From positions 5,022,001 to 5,086,000 of the forward strand of contig CATNEN010000025.1 of NCBI GenBank assembly GCA_950097015.1: a stretch of DNA of 64,000 bases. Reading direction: 5' to 3'. The notes beneath the pieces are model-generated. The model was not told where the DNA came from. It was given only the letters and a program-made list of their open reading frames with translations, and searched no databases. Both the position numbers and the translations under genes were made by a program. This DNA is from Macrostomum hystrix (taxonomy: Eukaryota; Animalia; Platyhelminthes). Positions 46,716 through 59,544 of this stretch are shown here, in pieces. Numbering within the stretch: position 1 is the first letter of the stretch; every line of letters starts with the position of its first letter.

Positions 46716-49675
46716 TCACACATCCGCCGACTGACCTGCGACTGTGGGCGGTGAGTTCTGACGCGCAGAGCAGCCGCAGTCGCAGCTGCCGCAGTCGCAG
46801 CCGCCGCAGTCGCAGCCGCCGCAGTCGCAGCCGCCGCAGTCGCAGCCACCGCAGTCGCAGCTACCGCAGTCGCAGCAGCTGCAGTAGTAGCGAGCAACCC
46901 GCGTCATCAGCTTCTGTCGCTGCTCCCGACGCTGCTGATGCCGATCGGAGGGCTTCATCTTCTTTAGTCGTTTCAAACGGACGTCGCTGCAGTCAGGGGT
47001 TTTTGACGGAGTCGACGGTGAAGTAGCTACAGCCGCGGTCACGGCGGCAGCTTCGCCTTCAACTTCCACAATTTTGTCCAGGCTGTGCGCGCTGTGACTA
47101 ACCAGCAGGTTATTCAGGGTGCGGTTCTTTTTCATGCGGCCCTGATAGACGTCGCGATGCTCTTTGCTGTAGCGACCGAAGATGACGACTAGGGCGCCGA
47201 AGACGGAGATTGCTGTCAGGCTGAGCAGAAACGAGCTGAGCTTCACGTGCAAGGGATAGCCAGTGTAGCGAGAATGAGTCCAGATGTCCTTGGACAGCAG
47301 GGTCTCACCGTCCGGTGCCAGGGTTCGGTTGCGGTACTCAAAGCTGAGGCTGTGGTTGCCACTTTCGCAGTCGACTAGGGCCAGCTCTGTCTCATTGTGC
47401 ACCGTGTAGATTGAGCCATGCGGACCCACGTACTGGCCGTACTCACAGGGTGAGTATACCATCTGGGTGCGGGCGAGAACGGGAGATAGGTCTGGTATCC
47501 AAATGCTCAATTGGTATGGAGAATATAAAAAACATCCAGATGAAAACAATACAGGCATATAACGTGTTTCTAGAAGCGTTGAGTCGTTAGTGAAGTGTTT
47601 GAGTTGCAAGAGAAGTCCTTAAGTCGTTTAAAAAACGTTAAAGTTGTTAGAAAAGTGTTTGAGTAATTAGAGTAGCGTTTAGTCGTTAGAGTAGCCGTTC
47701 AGACATTAAAGAAGCGTTTGAGTCGTTAGAGAAGCCGTCTGAATGGTTGGATGGTTTCAATCACAGCAGCCCCGGACTAACCTGATTCTTCCACATGTTC
47801 AGGTCGAGACACATGACCACGAACAAGACACCGTAGTTGAACCACTTGCCGGTGATGTGAACTGTCCAGACCTCCTCGTCAACGATTCGCTTGAACCAGT
47901 CTGGAATGCGCACATCGAAGGCGTAGATGGCCTTGGCCACGCCGGGCAGGCGCACATCCAGGCTGTTGGTGAAGTTGGGGAAGTCCCAGTCCTGCATGAC
48001 AATGAGCAGGTCCAGGCTCAGTATTGACGCAGCAAGGAATGCCCGCGACAGTTCGTTAGAGGGCGCGAAGCCGCGGTTCAGATAGTCCCAGCGAATGAGG
48101 TCGGTGCAGATGACGGTGATGACAGTGGTGCACAGGCTGATGAGCAGCAGCCAAAACATCACTATGCGGGTGTAGCCGGAGCGCCACCACTGGCGAATGA
48201 AGCGATTCCAGCTGGGGTAGAGGTGCTCCTGCAGCATCATGTCGCTAACCATCCAGGCGGTCATGAAGTCGCCAAGCCACGTGCCAGTGGCCGCCATTTT
48301 CATAAAGGTAGAATTTTTTATATCCATCTGTTTGCTGATGAGGTAGGGGATACTGCTAGCGCCTCCTAGTGTTAGGAGGAAGGCGTTGTAGATGTGAGAG
48401 AAGATGTAGACCGATATGATTGTAGAGAACCACATGGTCATCCAAGAGCCCTCATCATTGGCGAACATTTTCAAGCGGAACAGGCGGTCTGAAATAAAAG
48501 GGGGCCGGTAGAAATGCATGGCGTTACCAGTGCAGGATTCGCGTGTTAAAAGTGGCCCATATGAAGCCGGACTCACTGAACAGGAAGACGTGGCACAGCT
48601 TCCCAGCGATGATGCCCACCAGAATCCCGAGCAGCCACATGAGCACTTTTAGCAGGCTCCAAGCGTTTGGTGGATAGCGCCTGAACACAAATGCGAACAC
48701 GTTGCCTAACACAGGTATGCTGCACACCTGAGATGAGTCCGCTATGGGGTCCTCGGCATAGATTAGAAAGTTGAGGAAAACGACTAGAAAAGCGCAGATC
48801 ATGCGCACGTACGGATGCTGAAAGTAGAACCGAGCGTCGTGCACCATGTAGAGCGAGTACTCACTCAGCCGCTTAATGTCCACGGGGTCGATGGTGGAGC
48901 TGAAGGAGCCCGGCCGGTTCAGGCAGGACGGAGTGTGCAGATGTCGGCTGGAAGGCGAGCCCTGCTGCGACCCGCAGGTAGCAGTCGCCAATGCGGCTGC
49001 CTGCGATCTGCTTGAAGACGCCGCCGACACTGAATCATCGTCAGCCTTTCTTTGGGCGTCGATTTCGAATGTGGCAGCTGCCGTTGCGGACTGCGTCGTC
49101 TGCGGGGCGCTGTCCGCCGGCGGAGCGGATGATGCAGCGCCGTCAGCTCCAGCATCGACACAGTCGACATGCGATTTGCCTGCGCCAGTAGAAATGGCAG
49201 CTGGGGCATCGACCATTAAAGTGGCTGCTGGCGCAGCGGATGGCACCGACATCTGACGTCGATGCCGCGACGGAAGCGCGCGCCGGCCGAGGCCGAAAAC
49301 AGCGCCGCCAACGACGCTGCTGCCGTTGCTGCTGGCAACATCGCCGGCTGCGTCGGAAAGTTGTCGCAGCAATGAGCGACGCCTGTTAGCCATTGCATGC
49401 TGCTGCTGCAGCTGTGGGGGCAGGGGTTGCTGCTGCTGCTGCTGCTGCCGAGGCAACCGTTGCACGGGCGTCGGACTGCAGACAGCTGAGCTGGGAGCGG
49501 TTCGCTTTTCGCGTACTTTTAAGCGGCCAGCGTCGCGCCATTTGATTGACATGCGCCTGACCAACTCACGATCGCTCAGGCTGGTGGCCAGGTCGACCAT
49601 CTCCGCCTGCGGCTGCGGCTGGTGCGTCGGCTGCGGATCCCCGGCCTCAGCCAAATAGTGCTGCTGAGTTGCCAT
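46716..49675 (-). CDS. TMEM117: Transmembrane protein 117 ortholog; exons 49675-48577, 48488-47782, 47462-46716, about 850 aa
   Basis: FYFQHPYVRM..FLNFLIYAEDP, RLKMF..DEGSWMTMWFST, GTWLGDFMTAWMVSDMMLQ, DLLIVMQDWDFP, HITGKWFNYG, LDLNMWKNQ|MVY.P.EYGQY.GP. The GT-AG introns are in phases 1 and 0. Confidence 0.95.
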
Positions 49676-52269
49676 CGAGAGTCGCGCTGTGAGCTGTCTA
49701 ACAAAAATTAGAGAGCGCGCCCGCCTAGGCGGCCAGTGTCTGATCAAGGCGCCTGGAAAGCAGGCGAGCAAAGCTGATCAGCTGTGCGTTTTCAATTTGC
49801 ACTAAATTGCGATGCCCAGACCATTATAATAAAAAACCAAACCGCGCATAGCAGGCCAGAAATCGAGGCATTCTTCCTCTCCTCTCACAATAGTTAATGG
49901 GTCACGATAGGCCAGAATTTCATCTAGCATGCTGAATGCTCCTCCACTTACCAGACAATTCGAGATTCGAGAGAGGTGAGTAAAGTGGGCGAGATGGGAG
50001 GGCTAGGCTAAGCCTGTCTCGCGCTTATCGAAGAATGCCATGCTAGCTCAGAGTCTACTCGGAGAAAAATCCGGCCCCGCGAAGACCCGACGCGTCATTC
50101 GTCACGCGAAGGGTGATTAGAGTGCCTGCTGCAGCTGACAACCGATGCTTCCCTGCTGGGAGAGGACAGACAAGATGGGGAGAGCGGAAGCGATTGAGGG
50201 ATAAAGAGAAAATATGCGTCGAAAAAAGACCTGGCGAATCTTTGTGTGATCTGAATGATCTGAGCGTATATGACACGTTCAACTGGCCAAAAACTTCTCG
50301 CTCACCCTTCATCTATGCAGTCTAAACTCCAAAGCTTGGGAAATAGCTTACTGCACACCGCATAAAGAACTAGATATATTTATCCCAGAGGAGAAGACAG
50401 GCGGGAAAGGAGGGCCGGCAGAAACGTCCGCTCCTAGAGGCAGACACAGCAACCAGAAAGGGAGATAAGAAAAGTAAGAAGTGCAGCAGAGCTGCGTGAG
50501 AGAAAGAGTATATATGCATATATATAGGATGCTGGAGAGTCGAAGAGCATAAGAGAGCATTGCGATTGCGGGTGAGGAAGAATGGGGAAAATGGGGCTGC
50601 TAGTGAGGGAGGGAAAGAGAGGCGAGCACAGATACTGGCAGAAGAAAAAAACTGGTTAAAACTGGATAGCCAGAGGACTTGACGGGGCCTTAGGAGAGGA
50701 ATTACCGCGCACAAGCTGCTTCTCTATCGAGTTGCGGGTATCGCCTCTTTACACAGCTCTGCAATACGCGTATAGCCTTTGTAATGATAGTAAGTAGCCA
50801 ATTTTTCTCGGCACAAGTCGGGCCCGCCCACGCACATCTGGTATACTCGGCTATACATAGATTAGCAGCTATGGCTAAACAGACTTTAGATTATCAATTC
50901 AGATTATTGATACTGATGGCTGCATTTTTAAAACAAACTTTATTAAGAAAACTGCGTCTATTTGGTACTTCGAATTCTATTTAAATAAAGTCGACACCAC
51001 TATAATTATTAGCCTCTTTTTCTGTACGAAACTGCATCCCTGTACTCTTGGCTTAGCAACGGCTTGGCTTAGCAATTAGGACAGACTGGTATCTGCTATT
51101 GAAACCTATTGCGCATTTTCCTAATATGATCGATAGTTTAATTGCACAGTTTGAAAAATGCACACCAAAGAAATACTAAGACTAGCAACTGGACAAGAAG
51201 CCAATACGGACTGCAGATTACATAGCAATCAACCCTGAAATCAAGTTGTTAAATGCTGTTGACATAGTAGAGACGAGGCAGATTGGGGGCGAGTAATAGA
51301 TGAATCTGTATGCTTTTAGATACAGCAGTGAGATAGAAGCGAAAAGCACGAATTGTCAACTAAAAAGAAAAATCGAAACAAGCAATAGTTTCTGCAAGAA
51401 CATGACTGGCAGCAATGTTAAGCCATAAATTCTTTGCTCGAAACGTGTATTTAAGACCATACAGACCGGATTGGGTCAGAGTCAGGCTGTTCAGTGTAAA
51501 TTTTACTGATTTCCAGAATAACCACTTCCTGCTACAGAGGCGGGTGAGAGGCAGTCATCTTCCTGCCATCTCTCCCCCAGATGGGATAGGAAAATCACAT
51601 ACAAGCAATGCCCTGGAAAGAGCATGTTGGTCGTCAGGCAACAGAAAAGTCAAGATTTTTATTTCTCTGTTATTTTCTTTTCTCCTGGCCAACTCGAACA
51701 TAGAGAGAGAGAGGGGGACGAGTGAGATAGGAAAACAGACAAGCTGATAAGCGAGCTAATTAACTCTGCGGTCTGAGCAAAGGGTCCATGCATTCCCCCT
51801 TTCTCTGTCTTCCCAATCCCATGAATTGTTGGCAATATTATTTTGACATCAAGAAATAGCAACATAAATGTATAAAAGTTCAACACAAAATTCTTAGCTG
51901 TGTAGAAAAATAATTTAATCTTTGAATAACATAAGTATTATAATTAATGGACTGAGGCGGCCAGACAATCTGCGACCGGCCAGAGCCAGTGCAGCCACAC
52001 CAAACTAGCTGAGGTGGGGGTTGGTGCACCCATCCAGCCGGCTCGCTAAGCCACTTTTCGCACCTCCCTATAGGCCCCTCTATCCTGCGCTCTTTCGTTT
52101 AACAAATATGATTTTACATATCTAATCTATGTAATTAGCTTAGCTTAGTTTATCTGATACAGTGGTACCTTTTGGAAATCACAAACGAATTATCTTTCTT
52201 ATTTCTCATACAATTCAACATTGTATAGCCCCATCAGTAAATGAAAGACATGGTAAAAACATGAATTAT

Positions 52270-53910
52270 TTCACACTAGAGAAACAGAAGCCTTGGGTGC
52301 CTTGTGGTCGATTGACGGAGAACTGCTTGTGTTGGCGTGACCGATCTGGTTCGTTTTCGACATCGGGATGACGAGGCTGACGCCGTCACGTGACAGCTGA
52401 ATGCAGCACGCGCAGACGTCTCGGAGGGGATCGAAACGCCCAGAGACGCACAGGTTGGCCCAACGCAGCATGGCCCACCAGCCGACGATGCAAGCGCACC
52501 AGAGCGCACAGTCGCGGGACTCGCCTTGTTGCAGCACGCCATGATGCCGCAGGCGGCAGTGCTGTCAGTGTAGATCGCGATCGAGCGGCCCCGGAGGACT
52601 ACACAGTGCTGCAGAAGCGCCAGATAGGGGGCGGTGCCACTCTTTAAAGTTGATATGGAGCTCCTCCAAATGCGCTGTCGCAGTCAATTTTCCAGTCGAC
52701 ATAAAGCCAGGTCAATTTTCTGTCGTCGAAATGCAGAACTGCGACTCCGCCTATTTCACAAGCGTCGGACTCAATGGCAGCCGCTGGTCTACGGAATGGC
52801 CAGGCAGCCTTAGCGGGCAGCATGCTCAACGCGGTCGTCCACCAACTCAACTGCGATCGAAGTTCCTCGGTGAGTGGGAGCCGATCAGACGGATGCGTCA
52901 AGCTGTTGGTGAATTCGATCAGCGGGCGCAGGAACGTCCGGCCGTGCTGAGCCATCGAGCACATGTGGCTGAGATGCTCCAGCAGCTTCTGATGTTCTTC
53001 TTCGAAAGGCTGGCGCTGAGCAAAAGCTGAAGCTTCTCGGCCTTGTCAGCAGGGAATGAGAGACTCGCTTGAACGGTGTCAATGTCGATCCCCAGGAACC
53101 TCAGCCTAGTCGTTGGCGGCACGCTCTTCATCTCGTTGATGGTGAATCCGAGCCTGCTGAGCAGTTTGCGCAGCTCGCAATAGGCCAGGTAGCACTCGTA
53201 TTCTGTCTTGGCTGAGACGAGAAAATTGTCGATAAACACGATGGTAGCGAGGAATCCCATGCGGCACATCACCCGCCGGACAGCCTGTGTGAGACGATGA
53301 AAGACGGACACGGAAGCGCGACTGCCGAAAGGAAGGCGAGTGTCCACCAGGAAGACCGTGCAGCCGTTGCCGAAGTTCCAGCGGATTCCGGTGGCTTGAT
53401 AGAAGAGATGCCCACGCTGCGATAGGCCAAAGCGATGTCAACTTTCGGCATGAACCAGCCCGGTTGCATCATCCTGATGGCCTCGTCGACAGATGTGAAG
53501 CGGAGACGGCGTTGCAGCGCGTAGTGATCGTTGAGACTGCAGCCACGTGAGACAACAGTCGTGAATCAGCCGAGTGCCGGAGCTGTCCTTCGGAATGGTA
53601 CCCAGTGGGCAGACCATCGTCAGCGACGGGGACATACCTCCCGCGCCGAATCTCACATTCTAGAACTGCTTGGACTTCGACGCGATTTCGATAGACAGAC
53701 TAGTTGCTACAGAAACAAGGAGTAAAATCAACGTCATCCGCGATAGAGAAGCCATGCTTGATGCCGTGCAGGATAAACTCTGCGTCATTGTCACCATCAA
53801 GTTCATGGCGCCACGAGGCGTGGTGAGGTCGGAGATCATGGCTAGAAGTTCGCGAGCGGCTTGCCCTGGTTCGAGCTGGGTGGGGCTGGCGAGAGCTGAG
53901 GCGTAAAATC
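52270..53910 (-). mobile_element. Decayed DIRS/Ngaro-type tyrosine-recombinase retrotransposon fragment (RT, RNase H, partial YR)
   Basis: Frameshifted RT (FILHGIKHGFSI, PLGTIPKDSSGTRLIHD, KVDIALAYR, RLPFG, FIDN in place of YLDD, RFLGIDID). RNase H (ESDACEIGG, HINFKE, IYTDS). Tyrosine recombinase (RDCALW..WAMLR..NL, LVIPMSKTNQIG). Confidence 0.88.
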
Positions 53911-55296
53911 AGAAAAGCATAAAATCAGTTTTGCGAGCCCACTGAGCGCGCTTGTTTAGTTTTTTGGATGGGCCTGCTCCGGATGGCTGTCCTCGCAGAT
54001 ACAGCAGGCATGTAGAAATCTGCAATTGCTTCTGGTACAGCCACCAGTGCTGTTGAATGACAGGCACAGCTCTCGGCCCAAAGAAGTTTGTGGCCTGTGA
54101 TGCGGCTCTTGATGATTTGCTGTTAGCGCTTAACAGTCTGGTTTTGTATAAATTCTACAAACAAAGGGCACAGCATGGCACACGCAGCCCACGCATGCAA
54201 GCCCAGCTGCCACCTGCCACATCACACACCTGCCCCACCCTGGCATAAAGCAGATGTACACAGGGGAGGCCGCCCTGTCCACTAAATATGATTATGGTGG
54301 CAGTGCAGCAGCACCAAAATCGCAAACATAATGATCAAAATAGGTAGACATGTTTATTTTGTTTTTAAGCACTAAATTTAATTGTAATCAAAAACAGTTA
54401 AGAAAAAAATTATTTATTAAGTAATTTTAAGTTTCCTGTTATCAAGTCCACACCCTATGACCTTTTGTGACTTTGAGAGTATGAGATAAGGCCCCGTTTG
54501 AACATTTCTTAGAAACAATTTCCCGCGAAAATTATTATTTTGTTTAACTGCACGCAAAATTTGTTTTAATGCATCTATTTGTTTATTCGCACCGAAAATG
54601 AAGGTTTTAATGAAGTTGCAGAGATGAGGTGGAAGTGAGTTTTTTAGTATTAATACACGAGTGAGAGAAAGCAGAAAACATTTGTGGTTTTCACAGTGTT
54701 CAGAATAAAGAAAGCTTGAATATTAAAGTGTTTGTCTCAAAGTTATTTGAAGATACAAAGAAAGAGAAGTGAATAGAGTGAAAGGAGAGCTGTAAACTTA
54801 GATCCACTGGTAAAGCCCAAGATGGACTGAAGACTGAATTGACGATCGATTGAAGAGTGATAAAGACTCATAAAGGCTGTTAAAAGAGTACTTACAGAAA
54901 TAATACTGTAAAGTTATATCAGCCATATTGAACATATTATGCTACCAGATTAAATACATAACGCTACCAATTTGAATTGAAATAAGAAGAACATGAAGTG
55001 AATAACTAAAATACACTCACAAGTTTAATATAAGACAGTATTTGAATAAATAAAAACTTTGGTAACAACAGTAGGATATTAATTATCAAAACTAAGCATA
55101 AGCCTATAACAACTTTGGTGGCATTCAGTGTAAAATTAAATATCATAAAATAACCCTGTGATAACTTTGGTGGCATTAGGCCTATTAGAATTAAAAGTTT
55201 ATTAAGAAGTTAGCCCTACAATAAGTATAAGTCAAGTGCATATTAAACTTAGCTAAGTCATTAATAAATACTAATAATATATATACTACCTTTTCT

Positions 55297-55896
55297 GGCG
55301 ATCATGAACTTTCCCGCATTTAATTATTTTTTATCTTGTTCGTAAATTTCCAGCTTTGAAGACATTGAAGACATGGCCGGAAGACCTGCCGCACCAACAA
55401 CTATAGTCGAGCCAGCCGATGTTCTTCCTGCCATTGAGCTGACCGAGTTGGACCTCAACCACCGTGAGCTGGCCCTGCTGACGGATGACACAGCAGTCCA
55501 GTGGCTGGCACGGCACGGACTTCTGCGGAACAGCATCGACTGCCCGAACTGTGCCACCGCAATGTCCTTTCAACGTCGGGACGGCCGCGACTACGCTGAC
55601 GGCGTGTGCTGGTCCTGCAAAACATGCTGACGCCATCGTTCTATACGGCCTGTTCGAGACATATCTCCAGGAATTTATGTGGCGCCGGACGTTCCCGAAT
55701 CTGCAGTTCAGACACATCCTATTCTGGATCTGCCACTACTACCCCTGCTGACTATGACTCTTTATTAACTAATAATCGTGGTACCTAGTGTTTTTTATGC
55801 CCCTGAACTTTAATAATACTAATTTTCATCACCCCGCACTTAAAGGTTACGAACAAGATAAAAAAATAATTAAACGCGGGAAAGTTCATGATCGCC
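55297..55896 (+). mobile_element. Internally deleted Merlin (IS1595/IS1016-like) DNA transposon, 600 bp
   Basis: ~50-bp TIRs (GGCGATCATGAACTTTCCCGC...) and an exact 8-bp TSD CCTTTTCT. It retains the N-terminal Zn ribbon (QWLARHGLL..CPNC..DG.CWSCKTC) and the C-terminal YLQEFMWR motif, but no DDE core. Confidence 0.92.
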
Positions 55897-57449
55897 CCTT
55901 TTCTATTAGCTACTTGACTTATATTGTTTATCCATATATATCCCTATATGATTAGTAGGCCTATACCATCACCCAGTGTCAGTGGAGAACTATATCTAAG
56001 TCTTCACTGTGTTACAACCACTACAACTGATAGTGGCAGTAGTCCTCCTATTGTTGCCACAATCGCTATCAGCCAACTATGAAAATGTACAAGGCAAGTT
56101 AGCAAGTAGACTAACCTACAGCTATGGGCCCATGGATAGAGATAAGGTAACACTTTTTATAGTAAAAAAGCACAAAAAACATAGAACTGGCAGAGAGCTA
56201 CTTAGCCAACTAAAGGCACCCAGCACAGGGATAACTGAGCAAGCTCAGCCTAGTTTAAGCTCGTTGAATTAATATTCATTTGATAGCAATATTTGTAAAG
56301 TCTGTAAAAATGCTAAATAACAAGCAAGTTGATGCAACAGAATAGTTTTTTTTAATATTAGAAAATTTGCTTAATGCGAATGTCCATTAAAACATTTGTC
56401 TTTGGATCAGCACTCTGTTTACTGGGCTACTTCTGGATAAAAATAATAAAGTGAATAAAACTCAGATTACGAAACATAAAAAACATCCTTACCTAACTCA
56501 AACTATCACTAGAACAGTTGTTTATTAACAAATATTTTTTGCAGACTAAAATGTCTATACTGTCTAGAATTTATGTCTAAAAATACCCATGATATTATTC
56601 ATATCTATAACCATTAGCATAAGCAATATGAAAATCCAAAATGTGTTTACATATGATATTGTTTAGTCTTGAAGCAACAGCGCAAAGAGGGAAATATTAA
56701 TATTTATTGTAAATAAAAGACAAAAACTACACATTTACAAGTTACCTTTTTAATAACCACTAGAAACAATTCATTTTTATCAGTCGTCATCCTAGCCTTA
56801 ATATAACACCTGTCACCTGCCAGTTTTTAAACAAGTCACGCTTTTTTATGATTTTGAAAATTTTGTTTAATAATCTACACGCAGCAAACTTTGCTAGCGC
56901 CAAAGTAAATTACAGAGCAATAAAAATATAGTTATATATATCAAATAAAACTATCTGACAAAATAAATATTAATAAAAAACATATCAAATTTTGTTGTAA
57001 GTTATTAAAACGATTTATGTAAGATCAATCCGTATTTATCTTCACGTTGTTTAGCATCAAACGATCACATTTTCACTAATCTTATAAAATCTAACTTAGT
57101 GATAACTCCCGCTGACTGCATGGATTCAAATGAAAATTTACTGAAAACAGAAAAATCGAGTAAAAAACAGTCATACAAAATTTTCTAGAAGAATATAGAA
57201 GCAAAAGCGGAAAATATAAAATGAGGTTATCCTTTCGTTTGCATTTAACTTGATAAAAGCTTCCATACTCGATGTCAAGCTTGAAAATTTAATGGATGAC
57301 CGCTTTCGCGTGAAAATCAGCAGAGTTGCTTTATAATGGCTGATGAATACAATGTTCACATGCATACAATGTTTACATGTTACTTATCTGTTAAATGAGA
57401 AATAGCAATTTTATTAAAATATTGTTCGGTAGATAAAGAAGCTGACTCC

Positions 57450-58012
57450 GATGGCTTACTAACCTGACGCAGAACAAACAGGCAACATCCCGAGAAGCGA
57501 AATTTCTGTACTAGCGTACGCGGAGGACCTGGCGTTGCTGTCAAGCTCTGTTGAAGAAGCCGAACGTCTGCTGGACTAGCTGACGGCCGTAGTTGGGCTG
57601 TCTGTGAAAGCCTGGAACACGATGTTGCTGACGGCGCCAACGGACCTATCGGCTGAGATCCGCTGCCCTGACTCGAGCGGTGAGATGGCGCTGCTACCTC
57701 ACTGCTGCTACCTAGACCGAGACAATGCTCTATACAAGGCTCGCGCGAGCGGCATTTTGGACGCAGCAGTCCTGCGCACCGCCTTCGGGATTCGCTATTC
57801 ACTGGCTACTGCGCACCCGGCGCCTGCAGCTGGCCGTCCACGTCATCCGAGCGGAGCCGTGCTGCCCAGAGCCCCTGCAGGATGTGCAGCTGCTTTCTCT
57901 GCAGGGACCAGGCGAGGAATTGTGCGAGCTACGTCGACCCGCTTCTGTTGGCACGCTGGCATCTCCGACTCCCGTGAAACAGACAGTACTGCGAAACTCT
58001 GACAACTAGCCA
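57450..58012 (+). mobile_element. Non-LTR retrotransposon (LINE) reverse-transcriptase relic
   Basis: ISVLAYAEDLALLSSSVEEAERLLD*LTAVVGLSV is a degenerate YADD region with a stop and frameshifts. Confidence 0.75.
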
Positions 58013-59544
58013 CTTTCGGCCTTTGCCAGGGCTATAGTTGCAGTTTGTTGTTGTTGTTGTTTTTGTTGTTGTTATAAAGAAGCTACAAAAAAGAAAGAGA
58101 GGAACAAAAGCGAAGCCTTCACCGCAGAATGTAAAAAAAGAATATTAAAGCGAGCACTATACCTGCACTTAAAATATTACGAGTATATTTCGTGTCGAGA
58201 AAACCAACAAATATTGCCCCTATCCTCCCATCAAATTGTGAGGGCACTTATGATAATTCATTCCTATATATAGAAAGAAAAGCAGAACGGAGGCAAAATT
58301 TTGCTAATGTATGCTTCAATCGTTAATTTTCTATTACATATAAATAGCTGCGACCTTCCGGATGACAAGACATCCTTGTACATCAGGAATTATATATTCT
58401 ACCTTCTTTATGAGTATCTTTATCACCAATCTTTGGCAACGATCTTTGGCAACACATCTGTGGTCATCTCAATAAAGCAATTCGAATAATTAAATTATGG
58501 CCACTCAATCCGCAGTATCTCTGATGCGAAAAAGCAAATATTTTTTCAATGATCGCCGATCACAGCGCAAATTCACAAATTAACTATTCTCTCTGCATCA
58601 ATCAAGTACCTCGCCTTTAGGTGCTTAGTTTGGTAATTTTTTAAGGAACAATGGAATAAGTTTTTTCTTTTCATTTCCGGCTAATTCAGAGTCGTGACTT
58701 TTCTCTCACATGTAAATTGTCTATTGAATAAATTTTCTAATATGGCTGTTTGCTAGGCGACTTATTAGTCGCTAAATTAAACAAATATTCTGTAAATTTA
58801 AATTGCATTTCCAGATAAGCATCGATAGAACGTGCCAAAGGAAGAAATTTAGAAATGAAATGAATATTTATTAAATATCCTTCCGAAAAGTGTTGGAATC
58901 ATTGAATCAATTAATTCCTCGTACATGGAGTTTGATTGCAGTATTGGGGCCTGATTGCTCTACGGGTAATCAATGGATGCGTTGAGTGCCCACAGCCCGG
59001 CTGTGACTGAGGATTTTCCGTGACTAAGGCTATCCAAAATTCCGAAAGTTTAAATCAAGAGAATAATAATTTAACTGAAGATTTTCTTTCAACTTTGTCT
59101 GTTTTATGTAAAAAAAAGATTACTCAAATACGATGTCATGACTGAGGCTTACTTCCCATCAGAGAGTCAATCAAGCTGAAAGGGTGCTTTGAGTCAGTTA
59201 TGCCACTTAGTAAGGCTAATGCAATTAACCTTAATGCTCTAATTGCTCATAAACTGTTGTATACTTTAACGAGCTCCAATAAAGGTACTTGTAGAGGACG
59301 CCCTCGCACTTACTATGCTTGCTGTATAGTATCTTCTTAAAAAACTTGTCATCATAAATTAAAAGTTTGTTTGGGATTTCAAGTCTGAAGCCAATAAAGA
59401 AGTGAACTCAATCCTGAATATTCAAATTGGTGTGCTAAGTCAGCCTTGTCAGTGCTTTGCCATCATGTTCGTTTATTCAATAGTCTTTAACAAGAAGATG
59501 TCCTTCCGTGGCATCCAACAGCGTGGAGAATGACGCCCTGGTGC

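Noticed and set aside
56009-56272. 87-aa ORF with a signal-like N-terminus
   Set aside because: GTG start, AT-rich context and no splice or homology support.
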